64,000 bases of DNA from Oikopleura dioica (Eukaryota > Animalia > Chordata), in contig OU015566.1 in assembly GCA_907165135.1 (NCBI GenBank), forward strand, positions 1,860,001 to 1,924,000. The letters are read 5' to 3'. The notes beneath the pieces were generated by a model. It worked only from the letters and a program-made list of their open reading frames with translations. It ran no database searches and was not told the origin of the DNA. The position numbers were made by a program, and so were the translations under genes. Positions 1 to 13,606 of this stretch are shown here, in pieces. Each line of letters begins with the position of its first letter. The first letter of the stretch is position 1.

Positions 1-186
1 GTTTTCTTGGCATGTTCCGTTCACAGCAAATATTTGCCAGTTCCCCGTTTTTTTCGCAAATGAGAATTTTTCCTCTCTGATTGTCAAAATTTATTACTTC
101 CAACAGTCCCTTTTTTACAAAAAAATGGCAATAATTTGAACTTTTCAACAGCAGTTTTTAATTTTTACAGATTTTCTTCGTTGATT

Positions 187-3100
187 TCACTTTTTAGCCA
201 TTCCACTTTGTTTTTTCTTTTCGAGATTTTGGGAGTTTATGAGGTTTTCAATGGCCATGATTGGGTTTCCTCGCGGAGGAGAGGCTGATGATTTTCTTGA
301 AGAAGAGTTGTCAGGTGAGGTGGGATTGTCCAGATGGGGCATTTTTGAAGGTGGTTCCAGCTCGTGATCCTTAAAAATGATGAAAATTGGGGTCTTTGCG
401 AAAAAAAACTGGGGTTATTTCGGTTTCTTGTTCATAGGAGGTATTTTTGGAGTTTGAGTTGATTTCGATGAAAGATTGATTTTTTGATTTTTATGAAAGT
501 GGTCTTTGATGAGCGCTTGTGAGCCGAATTCGCCGGCTTGGACGACTGGCGGCTAATGGAGCGATTTGGTGTGACCGATGGGTAAAATAAAAAGTGAAGC
601 AAAAACATTTATTTGAAATAAATCTTCATTTTGACCGCTTCTCAAGCAGCCCAATGGATCATCCGACGACTTTTTACTGCTCGTTGAACAAAAATAATCT
701 CCGAAATCAATCAACCACGCTTTTATCACCCACCGAATTCCGAATATACTAGTAGAGGCACTTCCTTAGATGAGTTTATCTTGGCATTCTCAAGATACGG
801 TTAGGGTAAGAAATCGAAATTTAGGGTTTTCTTTCAGCCGGCTGCTGATTGGCCGACTCGTAGAATACGGGGTTTTTATTGGTTAATGTAACGAAAAGAG
901 CCCTAGCCGGCTTCCTATTGGCGAATTTCTGGAATAGAGCCTTTTGATTGGTCGATTTTTTTTTGGGAATTATTATCTAAAATATGGGTTTTTAACGCTT
1001 ACCTCATGAATATTTTCATTTCCAGGCGATGTCGGAGCTACGATGTCAATGTCGCTGTCATGTGACATCGCAGATTCTTTCTCCAAAATCGGCGAATTCG
1101 ACCTGCTACAACTTCCGATCGGATAATTCTTGAAGAGAATTGGAGAAACAGTAGCATGAATGACTCGCTAACTCGCCAAGAAGTCGATCACAAATTACAA
1201 GCCGCTCATCACCCTGTATATCCTTACCTCCTTTTCGCTCACCAAGGGCTACCGTACTCATCTGATGGATAAGTTTGGGGATTAGCTTGTTGACAGCCCA
1301 TCCGTCCTGCAGACGAAAGGGGACATAGCGAAAACGGGACTTTTTCGCGACCTGAACCCACGTGTCAAGCTTTTCTGTTTTTACAAATACAATTTCAGAA
1401 TTACAGTGATTACTTTCTATTTTATTCTATTGCTGTTATTATTGGAAAAACTTATTATTTTTCAATAAATTTCAACCCTTTTTGTCAAAATGAAAAAGAT
1501 TTTTTAGGATGTGATACCCTTATTTAGTGGTAAATAAATAAATGATGATAAGCTATGATTTCAAAGGTCTTCCCTTATTACAAGATTTCTAATGAAAAAA
1601 TTCCATAAATTATGAAAAAAATAATGTCGTTGTGTATTTTTTTCAATAAGAATTCGAGCAAAAGTACTGGCGCTAGATTTGCGATACAGTGGATTTGGCC
1701 GTATCGATCAAGAAATGTGCGAAAAGAAGACGATCTAGAGAGTGATGAGCGGTTCTTGACACTTTCCGTGATCACTGGCTCTTCTCGATCAAGAGGGATT
1801 ATCCGATGCCTAAGGGGTCGTTTCTTCGACAAATCTAGTGGCTCTTCACCGTTTCCTCCTCCTTGTCTCCCACTGCTACTGCTCAGCCGCGAACAACTTG
1901 CCGCTGAAAGAAAACACATCTGTCAAGTGATTGATATACGGGAAAAATTGATGCATGATACTGTAATATTCATACAGTAAGCTAGCAGAAATTCCAAGTC
2001 CTATTTATTACAAGAAAGCCAATTTGAAAATTTTAGCATTTTAATTTTGATCAATTTTTTGGACCTTTTTCATACCTGGCATTTTATTTGTTCTGCTAGG
2101 ACTTCTAGAGCTTGAAGCATGTGATCTTGAATCATCAATTTCTTCATTATCCGATTTCTGCGCCGTCTGAGCCGCCAGATTTTGATGCAACTGAGCTGAA
2201 AAACGCTAGAATTCATTCCTTATCAGTTTTCCTTACTTTGAAGCAGCGCCAATGTCTGCTGCTGAAGCAAACTCTGCAGCGCCGTATGCGACACCTGAGG
2301 TCTCATGAGCGGGAAAAAGGCGTTGTAGAGCGGAAGGGAGCCGGGCAGCATCGGAATTCGTCCGGCCAGGGCGGAGGGTTGAAGAAATGAGGCTCCAAGA
2401 GAGGAGGGAGGAAAAAGTGGGACGGATGGAAGTGAAGCGGTTTGGAGGGAATTCTGAGTGGGGAAGCCGAAGCCTTTTTGGCCGGGTTTCGGGAGTTGGG
2501 AGAAAGGGGATGATGTTGAAGAGTTGAAGGTTTTCAGGCTGAAGAAAAGTAATGATAAAAAGGATTGTTAGAATAGGACTCAACTGACCTTGGTATACTT
2601 TCATGATGATTAGTCCTTGCCATATGGCAGGAAAGATCCGGGAGGCTATCAAAACTCGCCCCACATCTCAAGCAACTAAGAACTTTTGCTGCAGAACTTT
2701 CTTCATCCTTTTTTGCTGGATTTTTTGCTTCGCCATTGAAATTGGCGCGGAGATCCATTGAAGCGCTTGATTTCCTCGACAAGTTCAGACTGTCAGCAGC
2801 TTGTGCATCATCATCAGTTTCTGTAAAATGGCCCTAAATGAATACTTGAGTATTTGTGGAGCCGAGTTCCGCGAATGAAAATTTTGATCGAAGAGCTGAC
2901 AGTTGCCAAGGATCTTTTTCTTGGATAGCACCTGAACGGATCAAGCCTGCGTTTCTATAGAGATGCTGATTTCAAAATAAATTTATCAAAATTAATATTA
3001 TAATAAAATGAAAAAAAACACACCTGGATCATCATATGCTTGGTAAGACTGTCGAGTTTGTCGAAGCTCTCTCCACAATGTTTGCATTTGAAGTCACTGG

Positions 3101-3543
3101 CTCCTTTCATGATGCTCTTGATCAGCCGCGAGTTGTACGAGACATCGCCAGCTGGCCCGACCCCAGCGGTGTTCTGAACAAGTCCTCTGGAAGTTCCGTT
3201 CGGAGAGCTTGGAGATCGCTGGTTCTTAGGGGAACCTCCGCGGATTGACGAGTTTTGCTGATTGGTTGATGAGGGTTCTGAAAAAAATTTTGATTGGCTA
3301 AAAAAGAAAAGTCTCGAATTTGATTGGCCGAAAGAAAAATTTCTCAATTTTGATTGGTTCTCAAACAAAAAGACCAGAAATTATATTGGATCTAGAAAGA
3401 ACGCATTTGAAGACGTAGAAAACACAATTTTTCTTGCAGAAATGACTGTAGATTCAAAATCAAAGTCGCTCACCTTGGATGATCCATCGGTAACGCTCGG
3501 CCTTGGACAGCTGGCGACCGGGCGCAGGCTTCGGGTTTTGCAT
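187..3543 (-). CDS. Tshz: Teashirt/tiptop-family C2H2 zinc-finger transcription factor (multi-exon)
   Basis: Spliced fingers SIMKGASDFKCKHCGESFDKLDSLTKHMMIQ|GHF and VLSCLRCGASFDSLPDLSCHMARTNHH match the widely spaced Tshz-type fingers. PLDLS CtBP-binding motif in the 1578-1919 exon. Probable ATG at 3543. The last exon seen (NPIMAIENLI...KK*) stops at 187. Internal exon boundaries are only partly resolved. Confidence 0.8.
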
Positions 3544-5269
3544 TTGAAGCGAATGATTTGATTCGTGACGCGATTCCTAAAGACAAAACTCAGTAAAGCG
3601 ACACTAATCGTGACAGTATAAAAGATATCACTTCGCTTCCAACTGACAAGTTAATTCGAATTAGAACGAGATCAGCGGACAGCGATTTTTGACTTGCACG
3701 CGCGAAAATATGACAAAACATTGTCACTCAAAGTATCATTTTGTATGATCTTCTACAGAGGCACATGCCTCTCACAAGCTACAGTAGCTTCTTTTGTGTA
3801 TAAATTTCTTCTCGTCAAATAAATTTTCGACATCTCTAGTACCTGTCAAAAGATGTTGGTAAGCAGAAAAGGAGAGGAAAAATCTCTGTTTCAGAAAAAA
3901 GGGGCTTGGTTCCGGCTGGTCTGGCTTGTCTCTCAGGGAAAAAGAATGCGTGTGCCCAAGTGCAGAGAGAACTGCTCTGGGCCGACTCTAGATGCTGGGC
4001 ACACAAGACGGCACTGCATCAAGGCGGCGTTTGACCGCGAATCTTTGTGATATTTGACGGTGTAATGACAATCCCATAATTCAATTTGAGAGATAAATAC
4101 ACTTCGAGACAACTTTGTATGTTTTTGCAATTTTTTAACTTTTCAAAATGACAAGCCCGCCGAGCTAGATCAAAGACATTCCCATGCAGTGAACTACCCG
4201 CCAAGTGCCACTCACGAAAATGACAACCGACCGAATCGTCCTGGCGAAATTCACCTGCGCCACGCGCCTCAGGCCATGTCAAAATAAATGACACATAAAA
4301 ATACGAAAATTCGTCTCTTATTTTTGTTTATCGCGATTTAAAAAAAACAATCTTCAAAGCAAATTTTATCGACTTACTCAAAAAATGATGGTTAATAAGA
4401 TGACCCCCTTAATTTTATCAGAAAAAAAATTGAAAAGATGTTAAATCCCCTTATTGAGGCCAAAAAATAACATTCGATCAACTTATTTTTTTTTCAAAAA
4501 GTTGAAAACTTCACAGAATCGATCTCCTCAGGAACAAAAGGTGACATCGCTCAAGCGGGGGTTAAGAGGCCATTTCTGGCCTGAGCCGAGCGAACAAGAA
4601 ATACTTCACGTGATTGACACTAAGAGCCCATCGAGGTGATCATCAGTCAAATCGCCACTCGAGACACCGCAATTGGGCCATGTCGAACATGCCCCGGTTT
4701 TTTTTCTTGCTTTATTTTGGGCAAAAAACTATCTTTTTCGGTTAAAAAATTTTTTGATTTTTGAAAAGTAAAAACTAGTTTCTAATTGGTTAAATTTGAT
4801 ATTTCAGGCTTCTGATTGGTTGAATTGGAAATTTCAGGCTTTTGATTGGTTGAAGAAAATTATTGATTTTAATTGTACTTACAGTCTTGAAGGCATTCAA
4901 TTTCTTCTTTTCTTCATCCCTCTTCTTGTAATTGATCAAAAACTTCTCCATGTCTCCATAGCACTTGTCCAAAATATTGGTCGATGCCATTTGCTGCTGT
5001 GTCCTTTGATTGTTTGATTCGTCCTCTGAAAAAATGTGATTTTGGAAAAAAATGAATTGAAACTTGAAAAAGATTTCCCGTCAAGAGCAAGCGAATGCAG
5101 CGGTGCCAGTGACAGCTAAGGTGGCCATAAATTCTTCAACTTGAAATGTGTCACGCTCGTGACAAAAATTGAAATTCGTTTCAACAAAATGGATAAATAA
5201 AACGTTTTTCATCTTTGAGTCCTACCGACCTACTGGGGAGACGAACTCTTCCCGGCCGCGAATTATTCA

Positions 5270-5650
5270 AATCTTAAGGGTATCACTTCTTCGAAAATCG
5301 TTTTAAAAAAAAGCATCAAAGTGAAGCCCTTAATTAATGATCTTATGAAATCTTAAGGGCATAACGTGTTCAAAAATGGTCTTCTCTCAAAAATTTAACA
5401 AAGTGATGCCCTTAACTCAGGATTTCAAATGGGTCGAAGCTTTTTTAGCTTTAATTAGTTAAGGGGTCACCTTGTTATATTTTCTGTAGAAAGACCATTT
5501 TCAAAGAAGTGATACCCTTAAGATTTCATTTGATCCTTGATTAAGGGTATCACTTCGTCGAAGATGATCTTTTAACGAGAAAAAAATTAATAAAGTGACA
5601 CCCTTAATACATAAAGTAAAAAGACAGCTTCGAGCCTTTTGAAAACCTGA
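5270..5650. repeat. Foldback array of ~70-bp quasi-palindromic units (AAGGGTATCACTT...AAGTGATACCCTT)
   Basis: 5345-5418 is the reverse complement of 5457-5529, with related units on both sides. Confidence 0.75.
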
Positions 5651-6819
5651 CAAAAAGACTGTCACTAAAACTATTTAACTTACAGGAAGAAAGTTTTTTG
5701 AAGAAAAAATCTCTTTTTAATCAAAAAGAAAATGTTTTGAAAAATGAAAGAGCAAAATAATTTGATTTGTATTGTTTATGAAATTAAGCGGGTAGAAGGG
5801 ATAGTTTGATCGGTGGGCGAAAAGAGGCATAGGCAGGCCGTCGAATGCAGATTTTAACCCTGTCAAACTCGTCAACTTTCGGCCAAATAAGTGATAGCTC
5901 GATATAACTCCACCATTTTGTCACATTTACCGCAATAAATATACACAAATAAAAAATAGAGGGAATTTTTTATTTGATCTTATTTGAGGATAATCATTAT
6001 GACACCCTTATTTTTTGGAGAAGAGGTTATTTTAGGGGCATTATTTTTATGCAAAATTAAACTAAGGGCGTCACTTTGTTATTTTTTATTGGCGAATCAA
6101 GCAAAATATGTTTCAATAGCGCTACACCCTTAATTTGAAATTCCCCTTAACTTGAAAAATAAGGCAGAAATGCCAATTACTGTATTACAAATTCGACTTT
6201 TTTGAAATATGCAAGGGGTCGATTTCACGATTTCGAGCGTAAAATCGAGATAAAAAGTTGACGACATGGATGAAGACAGAGCCGGATGAAATCGAATTGA
6301 CTACCGACGGGCAGAGGCTGTCAATAAACACGCCTCGAGCAAGTTACACACACGCCGTTTCAGAAGTCAAATCATACAGTCACAAAAGTCGATATGATAC
6401 CTTCCGCCTGGCTTGATTTACTTTTCACTTACTGTTTGATTACTGTAAGACTCTCGAAAAATTCAATCAGCGAAAAAACGCAGATTTTGAAGTTCGAAAA
6501 AGCCGCCGCATATCTCGCCGCTCATGAAGATGAGTGAGTGTCATTCACGGCATTAGAGGTTTATCCATCAGGGTTGAATTAGAGTTGCTCCGTCTCTCCA
6601 TCATGTATCTTGTCCGTGACAAGTGACGAAAGAGCCCGAATCCGTCAAATCGTTTACACCCGCTGAGACGCGTCTTTTACTTCTTTATAAAGCGATTTTA
6701 TTTTCAATCACTTTCGAACCCAGAAGAAAGAAAAATCACAAAAATGAAATTTTTCAACAAAAACGGGATGCAAATCAAAAAAAAAAATAATTTTCATAAA
6801 TAGAATTATTAACATTATT

Positions 6820-7027
6820 TTTGAAAATAAAATAAGGGTATCACTACGTTATTTTTCAAAAAAAAATAAGGGAATTACAACGATATTTTCGAAAATAAAA
6901 TAAGGGTATCACTTCGTTATTTTTAAAAATAATATAAGGGTATCACTACGTAAGTTTTGAAAATATAATTATGGTATCACGACGTTATTTTTGAAAATAA
7001 AATAAGGGTGTCACTACGTTATTTTTT
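6820..7027 (+). repeat. 34-bp tandem repeat (~6 units) with the AAGGGTATCAC core
   Basis: The core recurs at 6833, 6867, 6901, 6935, 6969 and 7003. Confidence 0.85.
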
Positions 7028-9539
7028 TGGACAAATTTCTTATAAAATCTTGCAACTGCGGTCGTTGAGAGTTTTTGTGCGAGAGACACAGAATGACGAA
7101 TGGTTATGGTCGGCTCATCTCAAATTTATATGCAGGGACATATATCTCGCTGTTGAGATTGATGGACAGGCGCAGTATTTGCTCTTGATCGAGAACACCT
7201 TTAGAACTGGGCCGCGCTATCAACTGTTATATGCCTCCGGAAGGTAGCACTTCGCCATTTTTGATCGAGTCAAGAATGGAAAAGCGCGAAGTTTTTTGGC
7301 GCCTCAAAAACCTGAGTCAGGGTTCAGGAAGAGCTTCAATGACCTCGAGAAGCTCTAAAATCGTTGATTTCTCCATTTTCTTGATATGCCATCGCTAATT
7401 TACGGTCGCAGATGTTTGTCAAACGCGAATAATGAACGATTAAAAACGTTCTTTCTTAAATTTATGTTGGCCATTCATCAAGTGTCAGAAATCGGAAGCG
7501 ACATCGATCGGAAATAATCTGTCCCAGTGCTTTATGATGAGCCGTCTTGATTCGAAACAATAAAATACGACCACTTTTCGCAAAATTAAGGCCGATTGAC
7601 GTACTTCAATTTCACGAAATTTCAGCGATTTTCAAGATCAAATCCCGCTTCATGATGTTAACCGCTCTAGAAACTTGTTAATCTTCCCTCTGAAAGGCTA
7701 CTAGATACAGCAGTTTTCGGCTAATCTTCGCCAGGTGGAGTGGATATCCGCTCGGCGAAATGTGCATAATATAAATTTATCGTTTCGCTAAAATGATCTG
7801 TGCGGTGTTGAGTCCTGTCAGCGTGCTCTGTCATCCTTACGCTTGTCACAGCTTTTTCGACAATGCTCTGATTGACTCTACAACACCCAGCGCACAACCT
7901 GCACCCGATCAGTCAGTGTCAACACCCGACAAGTTGATTTGCCGCTACAAACGAAACATATCAAATGCAGCTTTTTTTCGGTATAGAAATCGAATTTGAT
8001 CTGGTTTTTTGGCCGTTTTTGGACCTTTTTTGTTATCTTTTGACCTCATTGAAGAAAAATTGAATAAGAAATTTATCAAAGAATGCATTTTCAAAAAAGC
8101 TACCTTCAGTTTATACAGATTTTATACAAAACGATGATATTTTTTTATCAGAAAATGCCATTTTCTTTGAAATTCGTCCAATTTATAGCCAAATTTATGG
8201 CCAAAAATTACTCAAAAGAAAGAGAAAGGTTTTTAATGAATGACTTGAACTGTAAGTTACAGTAAGAAAATTTTTCTTGTTGATTTTTTTGCTCGAAATT
8301 ACCTTCTAGTCTTGTTGGACTCAATTTCGTTCGCGGCATTCACGGCTGCTCTCTTTTTTTTTCTTTGAAAATTGTTGAAAATTTAGTTTTTCATGAAAAA
8401 AATTGAAATTTTTTTATTTTAATTTATCTAATCGTTAATCGCTGATCAATCGGAACACAATAAAGTTAATTTCTTCCAGCGGCCGCTAAATGGATCCTCC
8501 GTGGCCAGGCCGCTCCGCAGCGCCGCGACCATTTTTAGCGATAATGAGCGCCGCAAATCGCGCTTCCTGCACGCGCCAATTACACTCGCCTTTGTCCAGA
8601 ACTCTCTGAATTAACAGCATGGCTCAGCAGAATGGTTTTTCGTGGACTGGATTGAAAATAAATAAGAATTATTTTAACAGTATTTTTTTGATAAATTTAA
8701 TGAATACCTTCTCAATAGGGAAATTAATGGGGGCCCAAAATTTTCAGGCAGATTTTCGGGCTCAAATCTATGAACAAGCACCGACCTCCTGAAGTCTTGG
8801 AGAAAACATTTTAAAAGCACAAATTATAAAAGAAGGTTCGCGAATTTGAAACTTAGACATGAAGAAAGATTTTGAAAATTTCGTATGAACATTTTTCAAT
8901 TTTGCTTATTTGATGTTTATAGAATCATTTTCCGCCCATTATTCGATTCTCGACCCCATAAGGGGAGCGAATCATACATGTCAATTTTGACAGAAACTCA
9001 GCGGGGTCATGGGCGGCGCCTACTTTTTTGAAATCAAGGAGGAAAGTGTTTCCCTCATATTTTGTAATTCGAAGAGAATGACAGGTTTCAATATTGAATA
9101 AGAAATTACTTTGATGATTCTGATTGGGAAATTTTTAACTGAGGAAAATCCTTAATCCCTTCTTTTTGTATAAGGGAAAATATACTTTGTTGAATTCGTA
9201 AACGTCATCAGTATGCTTTCATATTCAGAAGGAAAGCATATTTACGAAATGAACTCTGAGTTTAATTGATTGGAAAGACTGAAATTATGCGAATGAAATA
9301 TTCAATTTGATCATTTGACGGTGTAAATTATACGATTCTTCAATTTTTCCGGGTAAAGGAAAAATACTTAATACTCAATCATGCTTCATGAAAAATAAAT
9401 AGTTAACGAAATTAATTGAGTCTGTGAACATTTTATTAAGAAGCCATCAGTAAATTCTTGTCATAGCAGTTTGTCATAAATCAATTTTTAACGAAAAAGA
9501 AAATGATGAAATAAGTGTTTGATAAAATTGAATAGAGAG

Positions 9540-12500
9540 TTACTCGAAAGTAATCAGATCTTCAAGAGATGATGATGATCGTCGTCGTCGAGCGCAGTTT
9601 GGTGTAGCTACGCAGGCACTGGAGGGATCATTTCGGTCGCAAACAGTGATCTGAACAATTTTTATAGTACAGAATCGCACCTATTTCTAGGCTTACCGCG
9701 GTGTTTTCTATTTTCAAGGTATTTTTGAAAAATCTCCACATACTTTCAGAACATATGCATCAAGACAAGCCTTGAAAAACTGCACTTGCAGAATTTTCGA
9801 TATGAGTCATCTTACCTCTCTTTTTTGGGGGGATTTTTAGCAAGAAAAAAATCACTAGTTTGATTAGAAGCGGCTTTTGAGTGCGTGCTAGATCGGATGC
9901 TTATATCAGAAGTTGATAATATTGGATTTTCGTATCTGGCTGCTTGCGTCAACTTTGGAGCTCTAGAATCATATGAAGGAAGCACTCCGCAATAATATAT
10001 TTCATATGTATCGATGCATCTTGCGCTGATCTTTCACATGGTAGGCATCAAATAATCAAAATCGATCTAGCACGCACTCAAAAGCCGCTTCTAATCGAAC
10101 TAGTGCTTTTTTCTTGCTAAAAATCCCCCAAAAAGAGAGGTAAGATTACTCATATCGAAAATTCTGCAAGTGCAGTTTTTCAAGGCTTGTCTTGATGCAT
10201 AAGTTCTGAAAGTATGGGGAGATTTTTCAAAAGAACCTTGAAAATCGAAAAACACCGCGGTAAGACTACCTATTTCACTTACATCGCAGCTTAGTTTTTC
10301 ATTGTAGTCGATATCATCCTCTGCGGACACAAATCGGAAACTCATGTATTCAAAGTACACAGAGTCCTCATTGTGAATCGGACGAATCGAAGCGTCAATA
10401 GGCCATGCTGAAGTATCCTCGAAGTCGAATCCGACAACTTCTTGTGCGCAACCATCAGCGAGGATTGGAAACTCGACGCTGAGTGCATCGTTGATGATTC
10501 GGCAATCGGTGACGGTGTAAGTAACAGTTTCGGGAAGAGAGGAGTTGGTATCCGATCCAGTTGGCTAAAATGATTCAAACTCATGAGAAAATCATGAAGG
10601 GCTTACATTGATTCCAAAGTACACGATGTCACCGCTCTCGAATGCAGCACCGCTGGAGAGATCTGTGTAAAATCGATCGGTGAAAAATTGATGTCGAAAC
10701 TGAACTCTCCCAATCCAGTCTGCTGACCAGTGTAAGTAGCATTAAATTGAGGATTGCTGACGTAGAAGTTGAAATCGGTCTCATTATCACCACCAAAGAC
10801 AGCAGTCACCAAGGAAGGATACGAGCAAGTGAAGGAGAGATCCATTGGCTTATCGATGGAGATAAAGGACGAGTGGGTTTCGACGTGAAGGACTTGCGTG
10901 AAATCGAGATTTGCCCCATTGAGGGAGTTCACTGTTCCACATCCGTCGAGAGCAGTCTCTAAAGTGAAGGAGTCTTCTTCAAGGGAGCCTACTGTACGGC
11001 AGTCCATGGAGCTGTCATCAATGAATTTAGCCTCGTATTGGTCGTTGTCATTGAAAAGGTCAGTGCTTAGGGTGACAGTCATCGATGTTGAGCCGCAAAC
11101 GACTGATACAAGGCCGGTTTTCGGAGCGCAGAACCAGACATCCTGCTCACTATCATAGATATAATCCCAAAACTCGTTCGGGCAATCAGAAAATAGAGTA
11201 GTAGCTGTATTTGTAGTTGTGCTTGTCGCTAATGTTGTCGTTGATTTTGTTGTCGTTGTTGTTGATGTCGTTGTAGTAGTGCTTGTTTTTGTTGTGGTTG
11301 TTGTTGTTGTAGTTGTTGTAGTTGACGTAGTTGTTGTTGTTGTAGTTGAAGTCGTGGTCGTACTTGTTGTCGTTGTTGTTGTTGTTGTCGTTGTTGAAGT
11401 CGTCGTCATAATTGTTGTTGTTGTTGTTGTGTCTGGATTTCCAGGATCGCAACCGGGAAATTCATCTTTACAAACACAATTGAATCCAGTTTCATTGGCA
11501 TTGTTGACACAGGTTGCTACCTCTAAATTGCATGTGCTGCTAGCGCAAGGCAACAGTGTTTTTTCGCCGTTCTTAACGCAGCTTAGCTGCATATTGTTCA
11601 ATCCCCAAACAAAAGTTGGCTCTTGAACTTCCGAATGAAGGCAAGTTCCGGACGTGTCGCCAAAACTGGTTCCAGAGTTTGAGTAATAGGCTGAGCTCAG
11701 TTCACTGACACTGAAAAAAACAAAATCAGTATCTTTACGGCTAGTTTTTTTACTTACTAATATGTCCAACCACTGCTCGAGCTCCATCTGAGTGAATTAC
11801 CATTCGGACAGAGATAACTCTGTTTATCGTTGACAAGTCCATTTGACACGCAAGTCTGGCCAAAGAGACTTGAATAAATCGACGCACAGCATCCATTTTC
11901 ATTCAAATCAAATTCGCATCTCACGATCTCGCTTCCTTCATCCTCGCCCCCGAGACAATTGCTGAAACTATCGCACAATCGGTGATGGAAAACTGGTCGA
12001 ATCGCACCTACAACGTCTGGAGAAGGACAAGTCGTCATGGGGGGAAGAGGGAATTGAGAGAAATTCGCCTCGCAGTATTGCTTCCAGACTTGGATGGCAT
12101 CAGTTGTGGTCAAGAGGTCATGAGCGGAGTATGAACCGCCGTTTTTGAGGGTGAAGCCAGGATACATCAAATTCGAGCTTGGTTCGAGAACGTGTCCAGT
12201 ATCGAACCATTTATCAGTGCCTGCTAGTTCTCCTCCCTCAGCATGTGGATCGAAATGGTCCTCGAAATCCGGTCGATCTTGTTCGTGAAGCAAACCAAGC
12301 GCGTGAAGAAACTCGTGGTGAATGCCTCCTTGCTCGATGCACCAGTCGGGAAGTCGGAGTGCTTGCCAGCCCGCATTGATTATGTTTCCGTAGCCATCGT
12401 GCGCATATCCAACTCGACCGACGAACGACCAGCAGCCTGTTTCGGTCGAACCATTTTCTTTGACTGACGCTTCGCCGATGACATACACACCATTGTCATA

Positions 12501-13343
12501 AGTCAGATCCGGATCATGGACCAACTCGATGCAACCGAGTGAGAACGAGAGATCGACTAGCTCATCGTGAATTTGCTGCCGGTAGCTCTCAGTAACTGTG
12601 TCATGAATGAAGTAAGGAACGACAATTTTCCCCTCTTCATTCAAAACGCTCCATTTATTTAAATATTCTTCTGTCTGAAGACCTCTCGTTATCGGCACAT
12701 TTGGGTCGATTCGGTAAGAAGAAGTGTCGAAGCCACTTTTCTCTAGAATCTCTTTTTGCCAATCGGTCAGGATCAAATCGCCGTGAGGACCATTGTGCCA
12801 ATCACGAGGAGCTCTTGTCGGGGAAGTTGTTGGTAGAGGCTGTGCTGTCCCAAGACACTCGTAAGCGTCTCCAGTTGCTGCGTCCATGTTCAGGCAAGTT
12901 TCGCCGTTTTCGATGTCGCAGGAGTTCCGGTTGCCCTCAGCGCACTCATCGTAATCTTCACAAACAAAGGTGAATTTAAAAGTTGTCGTGCTAAAGATCG
13001 AAGTTTGTTTGAACCCAGGTGGACAGAAGCATTGTTTGCTCAAGATACCGGAACTGCCATAAGTGACGTGGCAATATGTCAAACCATCAGCTTCTGGTCC
13101 ACAGTCGGAAGCAGTGCATTCTTTCGACGATTTGGGAACACATTTGCAGTCAGTGAAATCAGCGTAAACAGAACCGTCAGCGTCATTCTTCGACTCGCAA
13201 GCGCACATTTGACTAGCTTCATCACACCCGAGATTCAAACAACGCGGGTAATGGTGGTCTACTGACGAGCTCGCGCCTACCAGTGCGAGCGCGAAGAAGT
13301 AGCGAAACTTATGATGGCTTTTTCGGAAGCTCGCTCGAATCAT
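9540..13343 (-). CDS. Secreted mosaic protein: EGF-like, astacin (M12A) metalloprotease, LDLa-like, EGF, Thr-rich mucin stalk and ZP domain
   Basis: N-terminal hydrophobic stretch; HEFLHALGLLHEQDRPD zinc motif with SNLMY Met-turn; CDSFSNCLGGEDE; poly-Thr tract; ZP-like cysteine pattern ending LSCD|ITVC...CARRRR (furin site), stop at 9540. GT-AG introns near 11.71-11.76 kb, 10.57-10.61 kb and 9.65-10.28 kb. An apparent 1-nt frameshift lies at 10683-10687. Confidence 0.85.
9688..10268. mobile_element. Non-autonomous hAT-type MITE (581 bp) in the last intron of the astacin-ZP gene
   Basis: ~205-bp terminal inverted repeats start TAG(G/T)CTTACCGCGG. An 8-bp target-site duplication CCTATTTC is at 9680-9687 and 10269-10276. 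Removing the element restores a ~43-nt GT-AG intron. Confidence 0.9.
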
Positions 13344-13606
13344 ATGTGGAAAAATATCATGCCCGAAAAATATTCAAAAAGCCTTTCCTTCATGGAGATT
13401 ATCTCTCTTCTGAAAAAATCCGGAATTTTTTCCGTCTTTTATATGTTATCCATGACAAGCGCGGAGTCGCGGGAAAATTATTGGCTGGCTAGAAAAACAA
13501 CCTCATCACTACGAATAAATAGTTTTGGAAGGTGCCGTCAAATTTTTGGAACATTATGGCAAGATCTAAATCACAAGGTTTTCAAATATGTAAGTCTTTG
13601 CAGCGT

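Noticed and set aside
4019-4294. Additional upstream Tshz coding exon
   Set aside because: A satisfactory ATG exon exists at 3543, and this ORF has no Tshz-like features or clear splice link.
11219-11626. Poly-Val membrane-protein ORF (also 18076-18372, 18645-19007 and 22096-22359 on +)
   Set aside because: These are antisense shadows of poly-Thr codons in the minus-strand genes.
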